Below the pieces are notes generated by a model that ran no database searches, was not told the DNA's origin, and saw nothing but the letters and a program-made list of their open reading frames with translations. A stretch of 64,000 nucleotides of DNA, from contig ML002234.1 in the NCBI GenBank assembly GCA_003614675.1, positions 1 to 64,000 of the forward strand, given 5' to 3'. Both the position numbers and the translations under genes were made by a program. Within the stretch, counting starts at the first letter, position 1; every line of letters starts with the position of its first letter. Shown here in pieces: positions 36,135 to 50,922 of the stretch. This stretch comes from Dimargaris cristalligena. Its lineage: Eukaryota.

Positions 36135-39100
36135 TTAGCAACGTTCAAAGATCTTGTAAAGGTCGGGTAAATCCGCGAGCTGAAGCAAACAGTGGGCTTC
36201 AGCCAAGGACGGTGGCGCAAAGAAGTGGGACTTAAAGGCTGGGAAAAGCGTATGTTGGATACAATTCCGGTACTCCCGCATTTCTTCGGTATCCCAGGCC
36301 TGCTCGGGATCAAAATCCCCCTGATGATTGTCGGGAAAGGGGTCAGTGAGGACCAAGGGGGGTGCGGGACTATAGAAGCGGGCCAACTCGCGGCTAAAAT
36401 CCCGGAAACACTGCTTTTCCTCCTCCCAGTTTACCTAAATCGATTGGTGAGCAAGGGAATTGGGATATACGGTGAAGATATAAACACGAACAACAGGGGG
36501 AGTGAATTTTCGTTAGGGACTGGGTTACCAAAAATAAAAAGTACAATGCAACTGGCGGACCGTTCTATAACCCGGATAAGGGTGAAGTGGATTATAAGGC
36601 CCAGCCGCTAATGGAGAGCCGTTCGCGGTATGAATATTCCGTCTTACCGCCGTCGTGATACGTAATAGAAATAGAGGCAATTTCAAAAGGTTGGGAGTGT
36701 AGTTGGGGATGATCAACGGCAGCGACTGGAGTTCCCCCCGGTCGGAAACCACCAAATAAAAATACTCGTCAAGCATCTCCCGCCGGGACACGATGAGGTT
36801 CGTCAGGACCTACAATAATCATGATTTTTCAAAAAATGGCACCACCGGTTGGGATACACACATGCACAAATAAGTAAAAAAAATCTAAAAATCAGGGAGC
36901 CTTCAATTTGTAATGGCTATAAATAAACAATGACTAAACAATTTTATCAGCATTCCAAACCCTCTATTACCTTAGCCTGGACCCGATATTTGGCGTCTTC
37001 GTCCGATTGGAAATTACTGTCACTATCCCCATTGACATTCTCATCCTGGCCTCTGGACACGTGCTGTTCGCGGAGCGCTATCAAGAACAGCTCAGTTAAC
37101 GACACGGGCGGGTCAATCTGGATGGCCCCAAAGTTACAGAATTGGAGCAGTGTCCGTTGGTAAAATAACTCCTCAAGCGCCCGTATATAGTTGATCATAT
37201 ATAAACGGGTTTCGTGTTGAATAAGAGCTCGGCTATAATCCACCAGGCCCACAAACGTGTGTCCATTTAACAGACGGGTCAGCTCTGGAAATGTGTATGT
37301 GTGGTGCAATTAGAAATATGGCGAATGGGCCAGATTAGGCAAGAATTTGATAGTTCAGTTGGCTGACCAGATAATAATATTTTTATAAAATGATTGACCA
37401 AGGTACCGCATATTCAACATACCTCGGTGGTGGTTAGATTGCACCTCGTTACGAAGCTCCAGGATACTGGTGAGTCGAACCTCAACCTTGGGTCGGATCG
37501 CAAAGGTGCCATCTGGAGTGGGCGCTGTTTCGGCCTCCGGACTAATAATTGGTAGGGCTCAGTGAGGTTATATTACCCGGGATTGGTGGCTGTTAGTCGG
37601 CAATTCTTTAGCAATTAGAACACTATGGAAGAGTACCCAATATAAGGTAATGTATAAGTTATAGACAATCTAATGACAGGGACTTACGCTGGGGGTTTCT
37701 CAGTCTGCTCTGGCCCATGGTTAGGTTGTGGTACAGGATCAATGATGTTTGATGAAAGAGTTGAGCTGTTGTTTGGTGGTATTAGAGGTCGGGAAGATAA
37801 CTCCACTGGTATTCGAGGGGGAACCATGGTTGGAGGCGAGTGATGAACCGAACTATCGGGCGGCCGGTTTCGTTGGGCCAGCCTATTCGATGGACCTGGT
37901 TTAGACCGGGGCGTTGAAGTAAACGTAAAACTCTCCAAGGTTCTTGACCGAGTATCCGTGCGAACCAGCTTATGTTCGTACGGCCGGGAATTAGAGGTAC
38001 TAGGGGTAGAAGGAGCGGGGGCGGGAGTAGAGGGGGGCGCACACTGGGTAGGGCGGTGGAAGTCGAGATGCACATCGATTCTATCCTCCGCCATGGGCGT
38101 GGCTAGGAGAGTCTGTACCTGATAGGTGCGGGATTCGCTCGAGCCGGCTAGGGTGGACTGCAAGGCCTCGGCAATGGCTATGGTGATTTCGTCCTCGTGG
38201 AGAAAGTGGACCTCCCGTTTGGTGGGGTGGACATTCACGTCCACATTCTGGGGATCAATGGAGAGGCTTAAATAGACAAAGGGATGGCTGCCTTTGGGTA
38301 GTACCGTGGTGTAGACGCTCTCGATGGCCTTTTTGAGCGAGCTACTGTCCACCAGGCGGTGGTTAATGAATAGCAGAAACTGCATCTTTTTGGTACTGAA
38401 ATTGGCGTTGGTGACATAACCCTTGGCCGTGAACCCTAAGTTTGCGTGGGCGCATTCCAGTTTCAGCAATTGGGAACGAATCTTGCCTCCGTGGGTCTGA
38501 CTGATGATATCCACGATGGAGGCTCCCACGGGGGTATGAATATCCGTGGCGGTAGTCCCGATCTTTTTGCAACTCATACTGACGCCGGCGTTATGAATAG
38601 CGTAACGGCTCACGACCTCCAAGATACGATTATATTCATCATTGATATTCTTGAGCGCCTTGCGACGGAAGGGAACGTTATAAAAGAGATCCTCCACCAG
38701 GATCTGGGTGCCCACATTACCGGCACACGGCTTAGGGTCTGTACTCGTGCCGGGTTTGGCAGGCACGAGTTGGCCATCGGCATATTTAGCGCGGTACGCG
38801 CAGTTGGACTCGGCCGTACGGGACGTGATGGTAACGTGGGCAATGTGACTTATACTGGCCAGCGCTTCCCCGCGGAACCCGAACGTCTGAATCGAGCTGA
38901 GGTCCTCGAAAGTTTGAAGCTTACTGGTGGTGAACCGCTCGCATACCAGGGGTAGGTCGGCCAAACGAATGCCATGCCCGGAATCCTGGATTTGCAATTG
39001 TTTGAGACCGCCATCTTTGGCTAGGATTTGGATACTCTGGGCCCCCGCGTCGAGGGCATTCTCCAGGAGTTCCTTGAGGGCGTTGGCCGGCCGGTGGATA

Positions 39101-39204
39101 ATTTCGCCCGCGGCAATGCGATTGACCACGGTGGGGTCCAGGCGCCGAATGGGCTTCGGGGTAGATGGAGGAGGTGCGTCCGCGGAGGGGGAGGTGTCGG
39201 CCAT
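36135..39204 (-). CDS. MLH1: DNA mismatch repair protein MLH1, 5 exons: 39204-37688, 37541-37423, 37284-36971, 36809-36648, 36434-36135; about 803 aa
   Basis: [47 protein letters not shown] and the diagnostic C-terminal LYKIFERC*. Confidence 0.97.
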
Positions 39205-40288
39205 GGCGTGCCTAGACCTAGAGGTCGGGAAAACGAGCTTAATCGGCGAGGTGTTGGGGAGTAAAAAAGAGGAGAAGGGTACGCAATGCAAGGTGCGGAG
39301 TCGATGGGGTTAAGGCCCAGCTGAATGGGAGAATCTCTCTTGTAAAGCGAATGGGCTTGAAGGGACTGCAAGTCAATCAGACGCAGCTTGCCTCAAGTTG
39401 CTCTTGGTGGCGGCTCTGTCTGATATACACAAAATACCTTGTTTGCTGCGGTGAAAACAAGGGAGCTTGAATTCACTATAGGGAAGCCTCCCCCGGCCGA
39501 ACTGGCTAGGTGTAGTGAGAGCAATTTTGTTGCCTGACCTAGTCATAGAGGGTGGCTGGGACTCACATTGATAGGGAAAGGTAAAGGAGTAAATTTGGTG
39601 CGACGCATTAGGGCCAGCCGGAAAATATGCTAACGCACTTTAATGCCATGACTGCTATTCACTAATAATTAAGTCGATTATTAAACACGGTAAAGACATT
39701 CCTTGTAAATCCGTTTTAAATAATGAGGGACCAGCGGAATATCACCTCATTAAGAAATCCGAGTATATAGCCTGTATAGTTAGTTGTACAGTGGATAATA
39801 ACCCGATACGCGGCATAGGAGCAGGTGCCGAAGATGCAAACAGTTCGAGCCTACCGCCGAATCAAGCACCCATCTCCGCCATGGCCTCCGATATATTGAT
39901 ACTAAGGTCTTTGTGGAAAAGCTGCCTTCTATCCTCCGATATATTGGCTGCAAGGTCCGACGAGGGCTTGGCCACACTGCACACTACCCACAGATCTACT
40001 TAACAACTCCGGCTGTCAAACAGCCAAGAACAGCTGAGAAACCCCTCATGACCTCCACCAACTCTGTCATACAGCGCATTTATCGATGATTGCCCGCCGT
40101 TACCTCTGTCCTTTCCCGCCATATCCTCGCCTGCTTTTGTCTCTGTTTCTTGTTTCTCCATAACCTTTTCCTTTACCTCATCTGCTACTTTGGTTTGAAT
40201 CCATTCCAGGGGTCGCCGTGGCCCTGTCTCAGCGCGTTTACTTTACCCTTTTCGCCCCCATTGGTCGCCCATTCTACAGAACTTACTT

Positions 40289-42572
40289 ATGCTGTCCCAC
40301 GAACTACTCCAAACCGCCCTTAATTTGGGCTACGAATTGGCCGGTATGTCCTTCACCTTGAATAACATTGCCTTTCTAGGCTATAATGAGAAGACCTCAT
40401 TGGAGGCCCTGTCCTAGCCACATGTCCGTGACGCCGTCTGTCGCATATAACTGGACCCCCTCCCCCCACCGCTAAAGTTACCTATGCTACTCGCCATATC
40501 TTAATAATGTCCGTACTCCCATAGTCGAGTTGAAGAAAATCTCGGACAATATCCTTGAACGGAAAGTCAACCGCCTTCACCAGCCCGATGCCCCCGAACT
40601 CGAGGAAATCGACGTCTTGAAGGCCGACATCGACGACCTAACTCTATGCACCGATGGTAAGTGTTCCCCCTAATATCCGGCTATTTATTACATATTTACA
40701 TTAATATACCCACAGAACTGATTATGCAATTCAGGCTAAGTGCTGCTAATGTGTCCTTTATATATGTCTAATCAAATCCCACCCTAAAACTTAATACGAT
40801 TTTTCTCTTATTCTACAGTGCTTAAGAGCCGGGCCGCCATCCGGGAGTTGACTACCAAGTTGGCCAAAGTCCAGTTCATCTGCTTTTACAGCGACTCTAA
40901 AGATTCATCCCGAATCCCGTCTTCCAAGCATGCCCTGGAATCCGACGGCCATCAACTCACTGAAGCCCTGAAAAAGCAATTCACCCAAATATCCGCCCGT
41001 ATTCCACCACATGAGCAACTCCTGGGATTTAAGACCCTCCTGAAATCAACCGCGGTTCGGTCATTTCTAGGGTCTTCTGCCTCAACAGCATCCAGTGGGT
41101 TGCCACCTCTATCCTCGGACAAACTTTCTCAGAATCCTAATCACCAGTCGGACGACCTGTCCGACTCGCCCGCAACATCCCCACGTCTTGAAGACGACTT
41201 GGCGCCAAGCATTTACCACAGCGTGTACGAGGATTATCCCGCGAAAACGGACATCTCCGCTGGGCCGTCCCGTTATGAAACCAACGCTATGCTAAATCGC
41301 GCCCAGGCCCGTCTAGCCAGTCTTCGTGCCTCTCCAGAAGACCGTTCTCAGGCGCCCGGAAGCATCTCAACCCCATTACTTCCCTCCGAAACAGCATCTG
41401 CAACCGCCGACGAACTCCTATGGGCCCAAAATGATTTGGACCGTAACTACTTAGGCTCTGCCGCCTGCACTGACCGGACTGGCCGCCGCTCACCGACCCC
41501 TCGGCGAGTCTCTTCCAGTTCTCTTCGTCTGGCCCACGGCCCAAGCTCGCGCCCCAGTCGCCGTGGTATGAGTGGAAGTACCAGCCTCCTACCCCCCCTT
41601 GATAATCGGCAGGCGTTTACTCCCGATCCCATGGTGTCTCCATCCCGGACTGATCCCAGCCTCGACCCTACTGACGATGGTTCCGATTTCTTCGATGAGG
41701 ATAACGACCACGATGGCTCCCCGTCCCTCACTCCTCTCACCGAATATGAAGTGTCTACCGATCCGGGTGCTGACCAGCAGATATTTGCGACCCAAGTGAC
41801 CGTCACTAACCCTGTCCGTATTGGTTTCGGGCTCAACTCATACATAGTTTACAAGTGTCGGGCGATCAAAACTGATGTAAGTTATTTGCCGGACATTGTA
41901 TTGGGCTATGGATGAAATATAAAACTAGGCGAGTTATTATTTTTGCCAATTAACAGTGGTCCAGCACCTGTATTATCGCCTATAGAGCTGCGTTGTTCGA
42001 TCCTGATATCACCATTACTTGGTGGTAACTCGATACCACAGTATTCACGCCATTCATTCACTGAATAACTCATCTAAGCATCCGCATACACTTTGTGTTA
42101 CTGATGGAATACCGTCTAACTATAGGGGTCGGAGGCGGTGGTCCATCGACGGTATACGGACTTTGAAAACCTCCGCAAAGTGCTGACCAAATACTTCCGG
42201 GCATTCCGCAAGGGGATTCCTAAGCTACCCGAAAAGAAGGTTATTGGTAAGTTTACATCAGATATTACCTCAGTATTTCTACTTGTATATTATCTTTCGA
42301 CCAGTGTGGGCCTGGCGGCTAGACAGCACTCACCCAAGTCCCTGGTTCCTCTCCTTCGCCTACTAACTACTTTCACACACCCCCTTCATCAATCCACATG
42401 TAACCTCCCCCCCCCCATGTTCCCCATACCAGGTAACTTCGAGCGTGAATTTCTTGAGCACCGCCAGCACGGTTTACAATATTTCTTAAGTTATGTGGTT
42501 CTTCACCCCATTATTGGGACCAGTCCAATCATCAGAAAATGGTTCAACCTGCCCAACCGCGTGGCCTCTTGA
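40289..42572 (+). CDS. C-terminal PX-domain protein, Ypt35-like, 5 exons: 40289-40343, 40525-40656, 40819-41876, 42126-42246, 42433-42572; about 501 aa
   Basis: PX motifs VTVTNPVRIG, YIVY, HRRYTDFENLR, IPKLPEKK and FLEHRQHGLQYFL at the extreme C-terminus, with a helical N-terminus. The 5' exons are inferred from splice consensus and phase. Confidence 0.75.
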
Positions 42573-42996
42573 TCAGCCCGTTATGAAGACCACTTGCCTA
42601 TCTTTAGCCTGTATTTTTAATCACCATCTATACAGTATTCTTGATTTACCCTATACATTTATCAGTACCCCCCTAATCATTTCCTGTGGTCCGATTTAAT
42701 ACCCCCCTATGAACCACTTAACCTAGGAATTATATGCCCCTATATTGCATTAACCAGTACGACTATTTTATTAACTCGGCGTGAGTATGAGATCATATAG
42801 CCAACTATAAATTTATATAATTTTACAATACCAAATACGCAAGAAAACGACAAAAAACTTTGAGAAAATCGAGGCTAGTTCGGGATGGGGTAGAATTCGG
42901 TAGAATGGAAAAAGAAGGAAGGGGAAGAGGGGCGGGTTGCGGGGAAAACCAATGCACTAGACGATAGGCCATTTACAACCATGTAAATTTTCAGGA

Positions 42997-45900
42997 TCAA
43001 GTAGAACCATGTTCAACTAATTTCTGGACACTGGGATCAAAGGTCTGATCACTACCGTACGGTACGCCAAAAATCGCCGGCCAGAAACTAAACGTAACCG
43101 AGGCTGGCAATTGCGGGCCCGTTTTCCCGGAGGTTGAAGATGAGTCGGCTGGGGCGGCTATATGATACGAAGGGGATGATGATGGTGCAGGCTGGAGGAG
43201 CCCCTGTTCCCCGGCCGAGCGCCGCAGGATGGCTTCGGCCTCGGGATTTAACCATTTATCCGGGAAGAACACCAGTTGGTTCGCCGTGCAGTGCTGGAGA
43301 ATCCATTCCCGGAACTGTTGGTGAATCCCGGTCAATAGGTCCGCCGTGGGGAGTGGGAGGGGCTGATGGGTGGTGGTGGTGGTGGCGGGTAGGAGAATAT
43401 ACCCCGCCAGCGTGGTGGAGGGTAGCAAAAGTTGCCCAGTGGCCAAAATATGACACTGTTGGGCTAATTGGGTATCCCATGAAGCCCCCCCTTGAGTAAG
43501 TCGGGAACCACCCTCGGTTTGGCCCTTGCCCTTGCCTTCACTCTCACCGGTCAGTTGGGTGGTGGTGGTGGTAGTATTATTATTGCTATTGTTCCTGCCG
43601 GGGTCCCCCCCACCCAGGGTCCCCAAGAACCGCTCCATATGTTCTAAGCGAACCGGTAAGCGCTGCACTCCCGTAGTTTGCAAATAGCGGTTGAGGGCCT
43701 GTACCGTCGCCGGGGGCGCCTTGGCCCGAATCAGAGGTTCGCCCGTGGTCGCCAAATGCCGGGCGAAACTGAGCAGCTGGCCCAGGATCGTACGGAATAG
43801 GGGGAGGAACAGGATGTTAAAGCGGGCCGAAAGTGGCCGCTGTTGGCCCGCGGTTGCCGAACCCAGGCTTTGGTAGTTCAGGAGGCTGCGGTGACTCGGA
43901 TTTACCTGGTAGGAATTGAAATAGACATAGCCGTAGCGGGCTAGGACGTTGGCGAGGAGACGCACCGAGTAGAGTAGGGTGAGGATATTGGGAAGCTCCT
44001 TTAAGAATCTCTCCGCAATCCAATGCTCACCTGGAGCTAAATCGTCGAGAAATGCCGGGAGGGGGAGGGGGGAGTTGGTAATATCGGTGAGTATAAAATC
44101 ATAATGTAGAGTGGTTAGCTATTAAATTCTACTTGCGCAATCCCTAAATCTTCCAAAATGGTATATTCACAGCTACAGGAGGAATAGACTAGACCCGTGG
44201 CTATTGGTCTTCAGTTTTGTCTCTACTTACTGGACACGCTTTTAGGGTCACATAGAGGGAAGGAGTGGTTAATCTCCGACCAAATGGTGAGGGTATTCAG
44301 AATGGTATGGGTATTCATGTGGACTCCGTTACACGCCGGAATCGTACGGAATAAACCGTCCATGGATTCCAGGGCCCGGCGCAAAACGAGTAGGTCCGAC
44401 TGCAGCGGGTTGGCGCCGATGGGGGACAGGGTGGATAACAGACGGTATAGGGCGGCGACCAATACACCGTTGGTGAGCGACTCCTGCTTATTTAAGGGGT
44501 CGGGGATGGTCCGGAGTATAGTGAGGGTATCGCTACAATCCTGGTCGTTTAAGATTGCACAAGCCAGCTGGTTAGCGGTACCTCCGACGAAATTCATAGG
44601 CCCGGCTATTTATGACAATACAAGGGACCGGTAAAAATATGCATAGTCGTTAGTTAGCGATATTGAAATAATCCAATAAAATAGGGATTCCTAAAGCACG
44701 GCAGCATACCACTGCTATGAAGGTGTATTAATATATAGCCACCCTCTTACTAAGTATTTCGACTTACCTGAGTCAAGTTGTTTCCAGTCGGTCAACACAA
44801 TGATCGCCGCCTCCTGACTTCCCTTTGGACTAACGGCCAGCACCGCACCATTAGGCGCCAGTCGAGCGTATTCCAGTGGCCCGAACCTATCCATCCACGC
44901 AGCCGGCAAAATCCACGGCCGATCCGAACCCCCGGCTACGGCCAAAGTCATTCGATCCAACCACCGGATCGAGCCGTTCCGGCTCACGGCTACCAGTTTA
45001 TCCGGGAGGCCGTGGCAATCCCGGGTTTGGCCAATGAAGATAAGTGGGGAATCGGTACCTAACAGAGTAACCGCCCGTTGGTGGCCAATCAGGCGGGTGA
45101 GTGACGGCAGGGCAGCGGCGGCAGCAGTACTTTCGCTAGGCTCGTCGTCCCCGGGGACCGATGGGAGTAAAGTGGCTGCTTCTTCCACTATGGTCCACCG
45201 TTGGATCACCGACATCGACACCGAGTCCGACGTTGACGCCGAAGCGACAGTGGCGGTGGTGGTGGTGGTAGAGTTCGAACTGATACCTCCTAGATCGCTA
45301 TTGTGGGCCACCGGAGGCGCCGGAACGGAACACTCCACGGTCAAATTGAGCAGGATGTTATGTCCCGCCGAGGGAGGACCGGCCGGTTCGGGACTACGGG
45401 GTGGCAGCAGTTCCAGGTGTTGAATGGTGAATCCGCGTCTAGTGTTCGTATAGGCAGCCGGTAGGCATTGTAACACCTGGTCGCTGGTGAGCGTAAAACG
45501 GCCGAGCGAACGGGGGTCCAAAGTCGGCTCGGTGGTATAAAAGTGAAGCGCTATTTCGTACAGCGCCACCTCCAGGGAGTGCTGGGGCCCGTAATAGGCC
45601 GTCAAGAGGAGATACTGTTCCTGACCGTCGAAACATAGATTGGCCAGTGCTAGAACGGGGGTTGAATCGGAGGGCAATCCGGCGGTGGGTAAGGCCGAGA
45701 CAATCGATTCGAACAGGGCCCCGTCGTATTGATAGTAGTAGTAGAATTCACCGGTGGCGGTTAAGGCAAAAAAGGCCAGGGTACCAAACGTATTGCGTGG
45801 TCCGTGGAAAGGGGGCCGGGTCAGCGGCACTTCGGGTTGGAAAGCGGTGGTCGTGGGGGAATAGCCCCCACCACCACCGGGGGTGGCCGTATCGTCCGAC

Positions 45901-46706
45901 GACGTGGTCATTGTAGCCACGAGCCGAGTTTCCGCACTAGGGATGCCATAAGTTCGGTCACTAGGGAGCCATTGGAAGGTCACGATGGGTTGCTGGAGGC
46001 GCGTTTCGTAGAGCAGGCCGTTCGCGCTCCGCTGATCGACCGACTCGTCGTGGCGCCGCAGCTGGATTGTTCCTAATGGGTCAACTATGGCCGTGACCGG
46101 CCGGCTGGGGTGCCGGTAGTGGTGGGCAAAGGGTTCCGTTAGGGCCACCTCAATCGGACACCCGCGACTTAGCCGCGGGGCGGCTGAACCCGATGGAGGG
46201 GACCGTGTGGCGGTAGACCCGGTTGAATGGGGGTTCGGCCCCGGAAACCCTGCTGACCCTGGGCAGCCACTGCCACCGACCAGGTCGGAGGTGTTTCGAG
46301 ACCGACTCGATTCGGGAAGGCCAGCAGCAGCAGCCGTGGTCGACCCTCCGATGGGTAGTGGAGGACGTAGCGGGGAGGGCGAAGAAATAACCCCACTAGC
46401 TGACCGTTTTAGACTGGTGGGTCGGGGGGATGTGTCCGTCGGATTACTCAGGGCTTTGCCAATTTGGGGATGGATAGCGGATAGGGCTGGGGACGTGAGG
46501 ATAACAGAGTTAGAAGCCGGAACGGTAGCAGTCGTTGCAGTGGAGGAGTTGGAAATCAGGCTGATGTTCGTGTCTGACCGACTGAAGCTGCTGGTTGGAG
46601 GGGAGACGACGGCTGCTGGAGGTCGTCGGTAGTAAGCCGGAAGAGAAGCGGCTTGTTCCGCGTTCGGAATGGTAGAGTGGTCGCCATGGGCAATTGGTCC
46701 GGGCAT
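42997..46706 (-). CDS. Probable Mediator tail subunit 16 (Med16/Sin4-like), 3 exons: 46706-44768, 44605-44231, 44036-42997; about 1117 aa
   Basis: Three ORFs join in phase through canonical GT-AG sites. Beta-propeller-like stretches (PIVTFQWL, GPRNTFGTLAFFALTATGE, LAPNG) are followed by a helical region. The gene model is solid; the Med16 call rests on recalled motif resemblance only. Confidence 0.5.
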
Positions 46707-47366
46707 GGCGAAAGTCGTTTAGAATGGAAGTACTCTACTGGAACACTTCAAAAAAAGATTACAAGACGATGGCAAATGTGGAAACAAAGTGGTAGGTTCG
46801 GAAGAGTGATTGGGTAAAAAGGTTAACAATGTCAACCCAGCCGGTGTTCAACGGCGATGAATTCCAACGAGAACAAATACAAAGGACTATAAAGCCCGGA
46901 ATGACTAAACCAATGGTGGAATCAAACGGGGGCATAAATGGTGAGACTGGAAGTAGAAGTGGAAGTAGAGAAGCTGACGGAGGGATGCTGGGTTGTCCAA
47001 CTGCTTAAGTTTAACCGGTTTAGAATTTACACTACGGCTCCGCATATCCAATCTTAAGAGCGGGAGTATAAACTAACTGAAATGATGGTGCGATATATAT
47101 ACCTGCAGTTGTCAGATCACCACATACCAAGCCACCAAGCACTGGAAAATAACTAGACCCTCGAAAACCCAGTCATACGCTAACCCCAATAAACATTGAC
47201 TTGGATGAATTCGAAATGGGATATTCAGTATTAATCCTTGCCATAAAAACTGAATTTATATACACTTGTCAACGGTGTTGGCGATTAAACTACACCAAGT
47301 AATGACTAAATCAAGCAGCATGGGCCAGTGTGGAGATGCAAAGGGGAAAAGGAATAAGGAGCGCAC

Positions 47367-49037
47367 TTAAAACACTTGGCGAACGTTGACATTAAGACGG
47401 GCATTTTGCATGTAATCGCCGAAGAGAGACCAGTCGGGATCCTCGGCCAACACCGTTTCACTTGAAGCCAGGTAATCCGGCAGCGTATTTTCAATAATCC
47501 GAGGGATGCCTGTAAATATAAAATCGGGACGAACCAAGGTGTTGTAATGAATGGGATAAATAGAGGATATTAGTTAATCGGCATTGGCATTGGTATATTC
47601 CAACCCCCCCCCTACCCAACCCCAAGTTCATTAGATGTTCCATCAATATAAATAGGATAAAAGCCACCAGCAACCTGGTCAACCTAACCTACCGTGAAAA
47701 GCCTTTCGGCGAGGACCACACATACAAACGATATCGCCGCTTCGTAAATACAGGGCAATGGGTTCAGTGTCGCGGGATTCGTCGCCAATCACGAAAATGG
47801 CGGTATTGCCGAGACTGAGGGACACCAACGGTGCCGTCATATTTATCTCGCTTCGGTCAACGTGGGCCATGAGCGAATCCCGGGCCTGGTAGTAATTAAT
47901 CACGCCGGCCTCGGGTTTGAACAACTCCGGGGAGTATTGGTGAATATAGCCCTTGTCGGCAGAATCGGTCGTATGGTACTGGGTGTACTGGCTATTGCCA
48001 TTCACTCCGGCGGTGGAGAGCTGGGCGGGCGAATCGGGCAGGGCTTCGGGAGACGAAGAAGCGGGCGGTACACATTCGTAACCGATGTTGTGAATAGCCG
48101 CTACTACCGTCTGGGCCAAACGGGCAATATCGTCGGGAAAGGGCTGGGGGGCGTCCAAAAAGTACTCCTTGTTGGACCAATTGTACTGATAGCCTAGAGT
48201 GACCCACCGCAGCTTGGGTACCAATTGACCTACCGGAGCCCCCCCATTCGCGGCTAACTGGGAAGCCGGTGGTGGCGGGCCAAGCTGGTGGTGGGTGTCG
48301 GTCGATGAAGTGGACTCTGCTGAATACCTTGCATCAGGAGCAGGGACCGTTGGAGTCTTGGCCTTTCGGGGGATTTGGCCTCTATAATCACCCTCCTTAT
48401 CCTCCATGTTGCCATTTTCAGCGTCACCGTGATGGGCGGGAGGTGGTGCCCAGCCCTCGCAGATACTTTGTTCATGCAGCCGCCAAAGACCTTGGGCGGG
48501 TAAATCGTACAGTGCGTCCAGATTCGACTTCGCCGGGGGCACCGCATGCGTACGTAGGCAGTCTTTGATCAGTTGACGCTGGGCCGCGGGAGTGAACGGG
48601 TTGGGGATAAACACCAGGCCCGGAAATCCGGCTAGCATATACCCGAAGGATAGCGGGGTTGACTCCGGCGGACCGGCGGGGGATGCTGTAGAGCCCTTCT
48701 CCTCCTCCTTCTCCCCGAAAATGGAATAATGATTAAGGGACTGGGCCGCCGGATTCAGCCGCACGGGAACTATGCGCCCTTGGAGGTCGGGGGCATTGGT
48801 AGCCCCGGGCCGGAAATCGAGGACCCGAGTTAAGTCGGGGGGCGGGATCCGGGAGCGGTAAATGCGTTCGATCCGCCGAAACGCCGTGTCATTGGCAAAA
48901 CCCTCCTTTTGGCGAGCGGTCTTTTGGAATAAGCGCTGCTTTTGCTGGCGTCGGGATACGTGGGGCTGGAATGCGGCGTTGGCGAAATTAGGCTTGGACT
49001 TGTCGGCTGGTAGCGATGGGGGGTGAGTGTCCTCCAT
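47367..49037 (-). CDS. ALKBH1: AlkB-family Fe(II)/2-oxoglutarate dioxygenase ALKBH1, 2 exons: 49037-47693, 47509-47367; about 495 aa
   Basis: KLRWVTLGYQYNW, EAGVINYY, LMAHVDRSE (HxD), AFHGIPRI (His) and RLNVNVRQV. Confidence 0.9.
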
Positions 49038-49695
49038 GTTGACGGAGGATGGGGAAATGGAGGAATATGGTAGATAGGCTGGTACAATTTGGCTAAATGG
49101 GGGAGGGGGGGACTAATGGCATGTGGTGTTGGTGGGTGGGCGTTCTTTAGTAGTACAAGGTTGTAGAGTTTGGGACTCTCCCCCTAAGGAATAGGGCGGA
49201 TATACGCGGGGGGAAATCTTCTCTGTGTGGCTAATTAATTACATGGTGCTTTTCTGACATTGGGTATATAGCTGGCGTAGATGGACCAAATACTGCCACA
49301 AGTTTCCTATTTTTGCTATACGGTACATTCTCTTCTCTTCTCTCGGCACTTAGTATTCCCTTTATTGAGGGCAATGGTTTGGGCTAGTTCACTGGGCCCT
49401 TTCTAAACGACATCCTGGCCTGTGTGAGTAGCTGGCGCAACGATTGTATCACGCCCTGGATTAGATGCCAAGGTGTAAAGGGTCTGCGAAAAATATAGGG
49501 CTGATGGGCTAAATACCACACTACTGCATCATATTTTGAAAATATAGTCCATAATGTCAATGGGAGGACGTGTAGGAAGAGGATACGGGGTGGCTAAATT
49601 TTTAGCCAGTGATATCTGTGGCCCATGGCACGGGGGGGGTTCCACAATCTAGCCCAAGTTTGAGGGCCATTCGCCCACTTTCACATAGGCATATA

Positions 49696-49722
49696 AGAGA
49701 GAGAGAGAGAGAGAGAGAGAGA
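49696..49722. repeat. (AG)n microsatellite
   Basis: Perfect dinucleotide run in the divergent ALKBH1/lipase intergenic region. Confidence 0.9.
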
Positions 49723-50922
49723 CCCGAAAGCGTCGTCTTCCGCGTCGGCTGTCGTCCTTCCCCACGAGTGTTTCACAAGCATGGGCTGTAGGCAGCCACC
49801 ACCAACACTTCTCTCCTCTAGCCACCCAAGTGTGGTTGTCCGAAGATTCGAAGCTCTCGGGCGGTGTAACCTCTAGGCTACTCTTGAGAGACTTGCGTCG
49901 ATATAAGGAGTCCCTAAACGGGCTATTTTCGGATTGGGCCCTGAATCCGCCGGACTTTCCCCTCCCCAGTTTGGCCTAAATTTTTCGTATTATATATCTA
50001 CAGGTACCCTTTTGACACTAGTGCGGCATTCATAACCAATGGCAATAATAATCAGGTAGACAATGACGGACGCATCAATCGACACCTCCTCCTCAATTTA
50101 TAAACTGGTGCTACCCAACCTTGGCCGGTGGTATATATAAACGAGCTGCAATGACTAGCCGGTACACAGATTCCGTCTGTTTTAGTATGTTCTTGTCTTT
50201 ATAATGACATGTGTTATATTTTACCCTCGTTAGTATCAATTGTGGTTATTTGCTGGTTTCTTTGATACTTTTAACGAGTGGGTTATACTGTGGCAGGGAC
50301 AAACCTGTCCAATCCAACCTCCCTCTATACAGCTGAACTTCCCCCCTATCTATAAAGATAAACCAATACCCTGAAAATCGCCCACCATGAAGGTAAGCGG
50401 ACCATCACAAAGCCAACCACCCCACAGAACGGAAGCCTGACCTGACTCTACTGCTGGGTTCAAGTAATGCCAAGAAATGCAGATTGGCGTATCTTGAGTG
50501 TGGACAATACACATACGCAACATCTGCCAAGAAACGTGCCCCCCCCCCCTCGCCAACCTTGGTTTATATATCCACCTATGGCATGTGCAGCGTTCCCTCC
50601 CTCGACACCAGTATATATAATTATAGATATAGCTGGGGAAAGCAGTATCCATGGGGTTCGGTTACCATGACGCGAGTGGCTCAGGGAAATTGGTAGCAAG
50701 AATATATATATATATATATATATTCGACCGCCCCCCTGCCCTGACGTAGTTCGGGTCCTGCTTTTGTCTCTTCAAACTATTCGGCCAATACTGCCTCCTA
50801 CACCCACCAACAATCGAGTAAATCTTACTCGCTCACTCACTCTTACCTTGCCTTGTTTTCCCACCCTTCCTCCCAACGCCCAATAGTTCTTCGTCGCTGC
50901 CACTCTTATATTCGCCCTAACC

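Noticed and set aside
39204-39291. N-terminal extension of MLH1 shown in the ORF track
   Set aside because: It begins at a non-ATG codon. ATG 39204 (GCCATGG) precedes the conserved N-terminus at the normal position.
47367-49037. ALKBH1 as a dedicated DNA 6mA eraser system
   Set aside because: ALKBH1 is broadly conserved and mostly linked to tRNA substrates. Nothing in this window ties it to 6mA.
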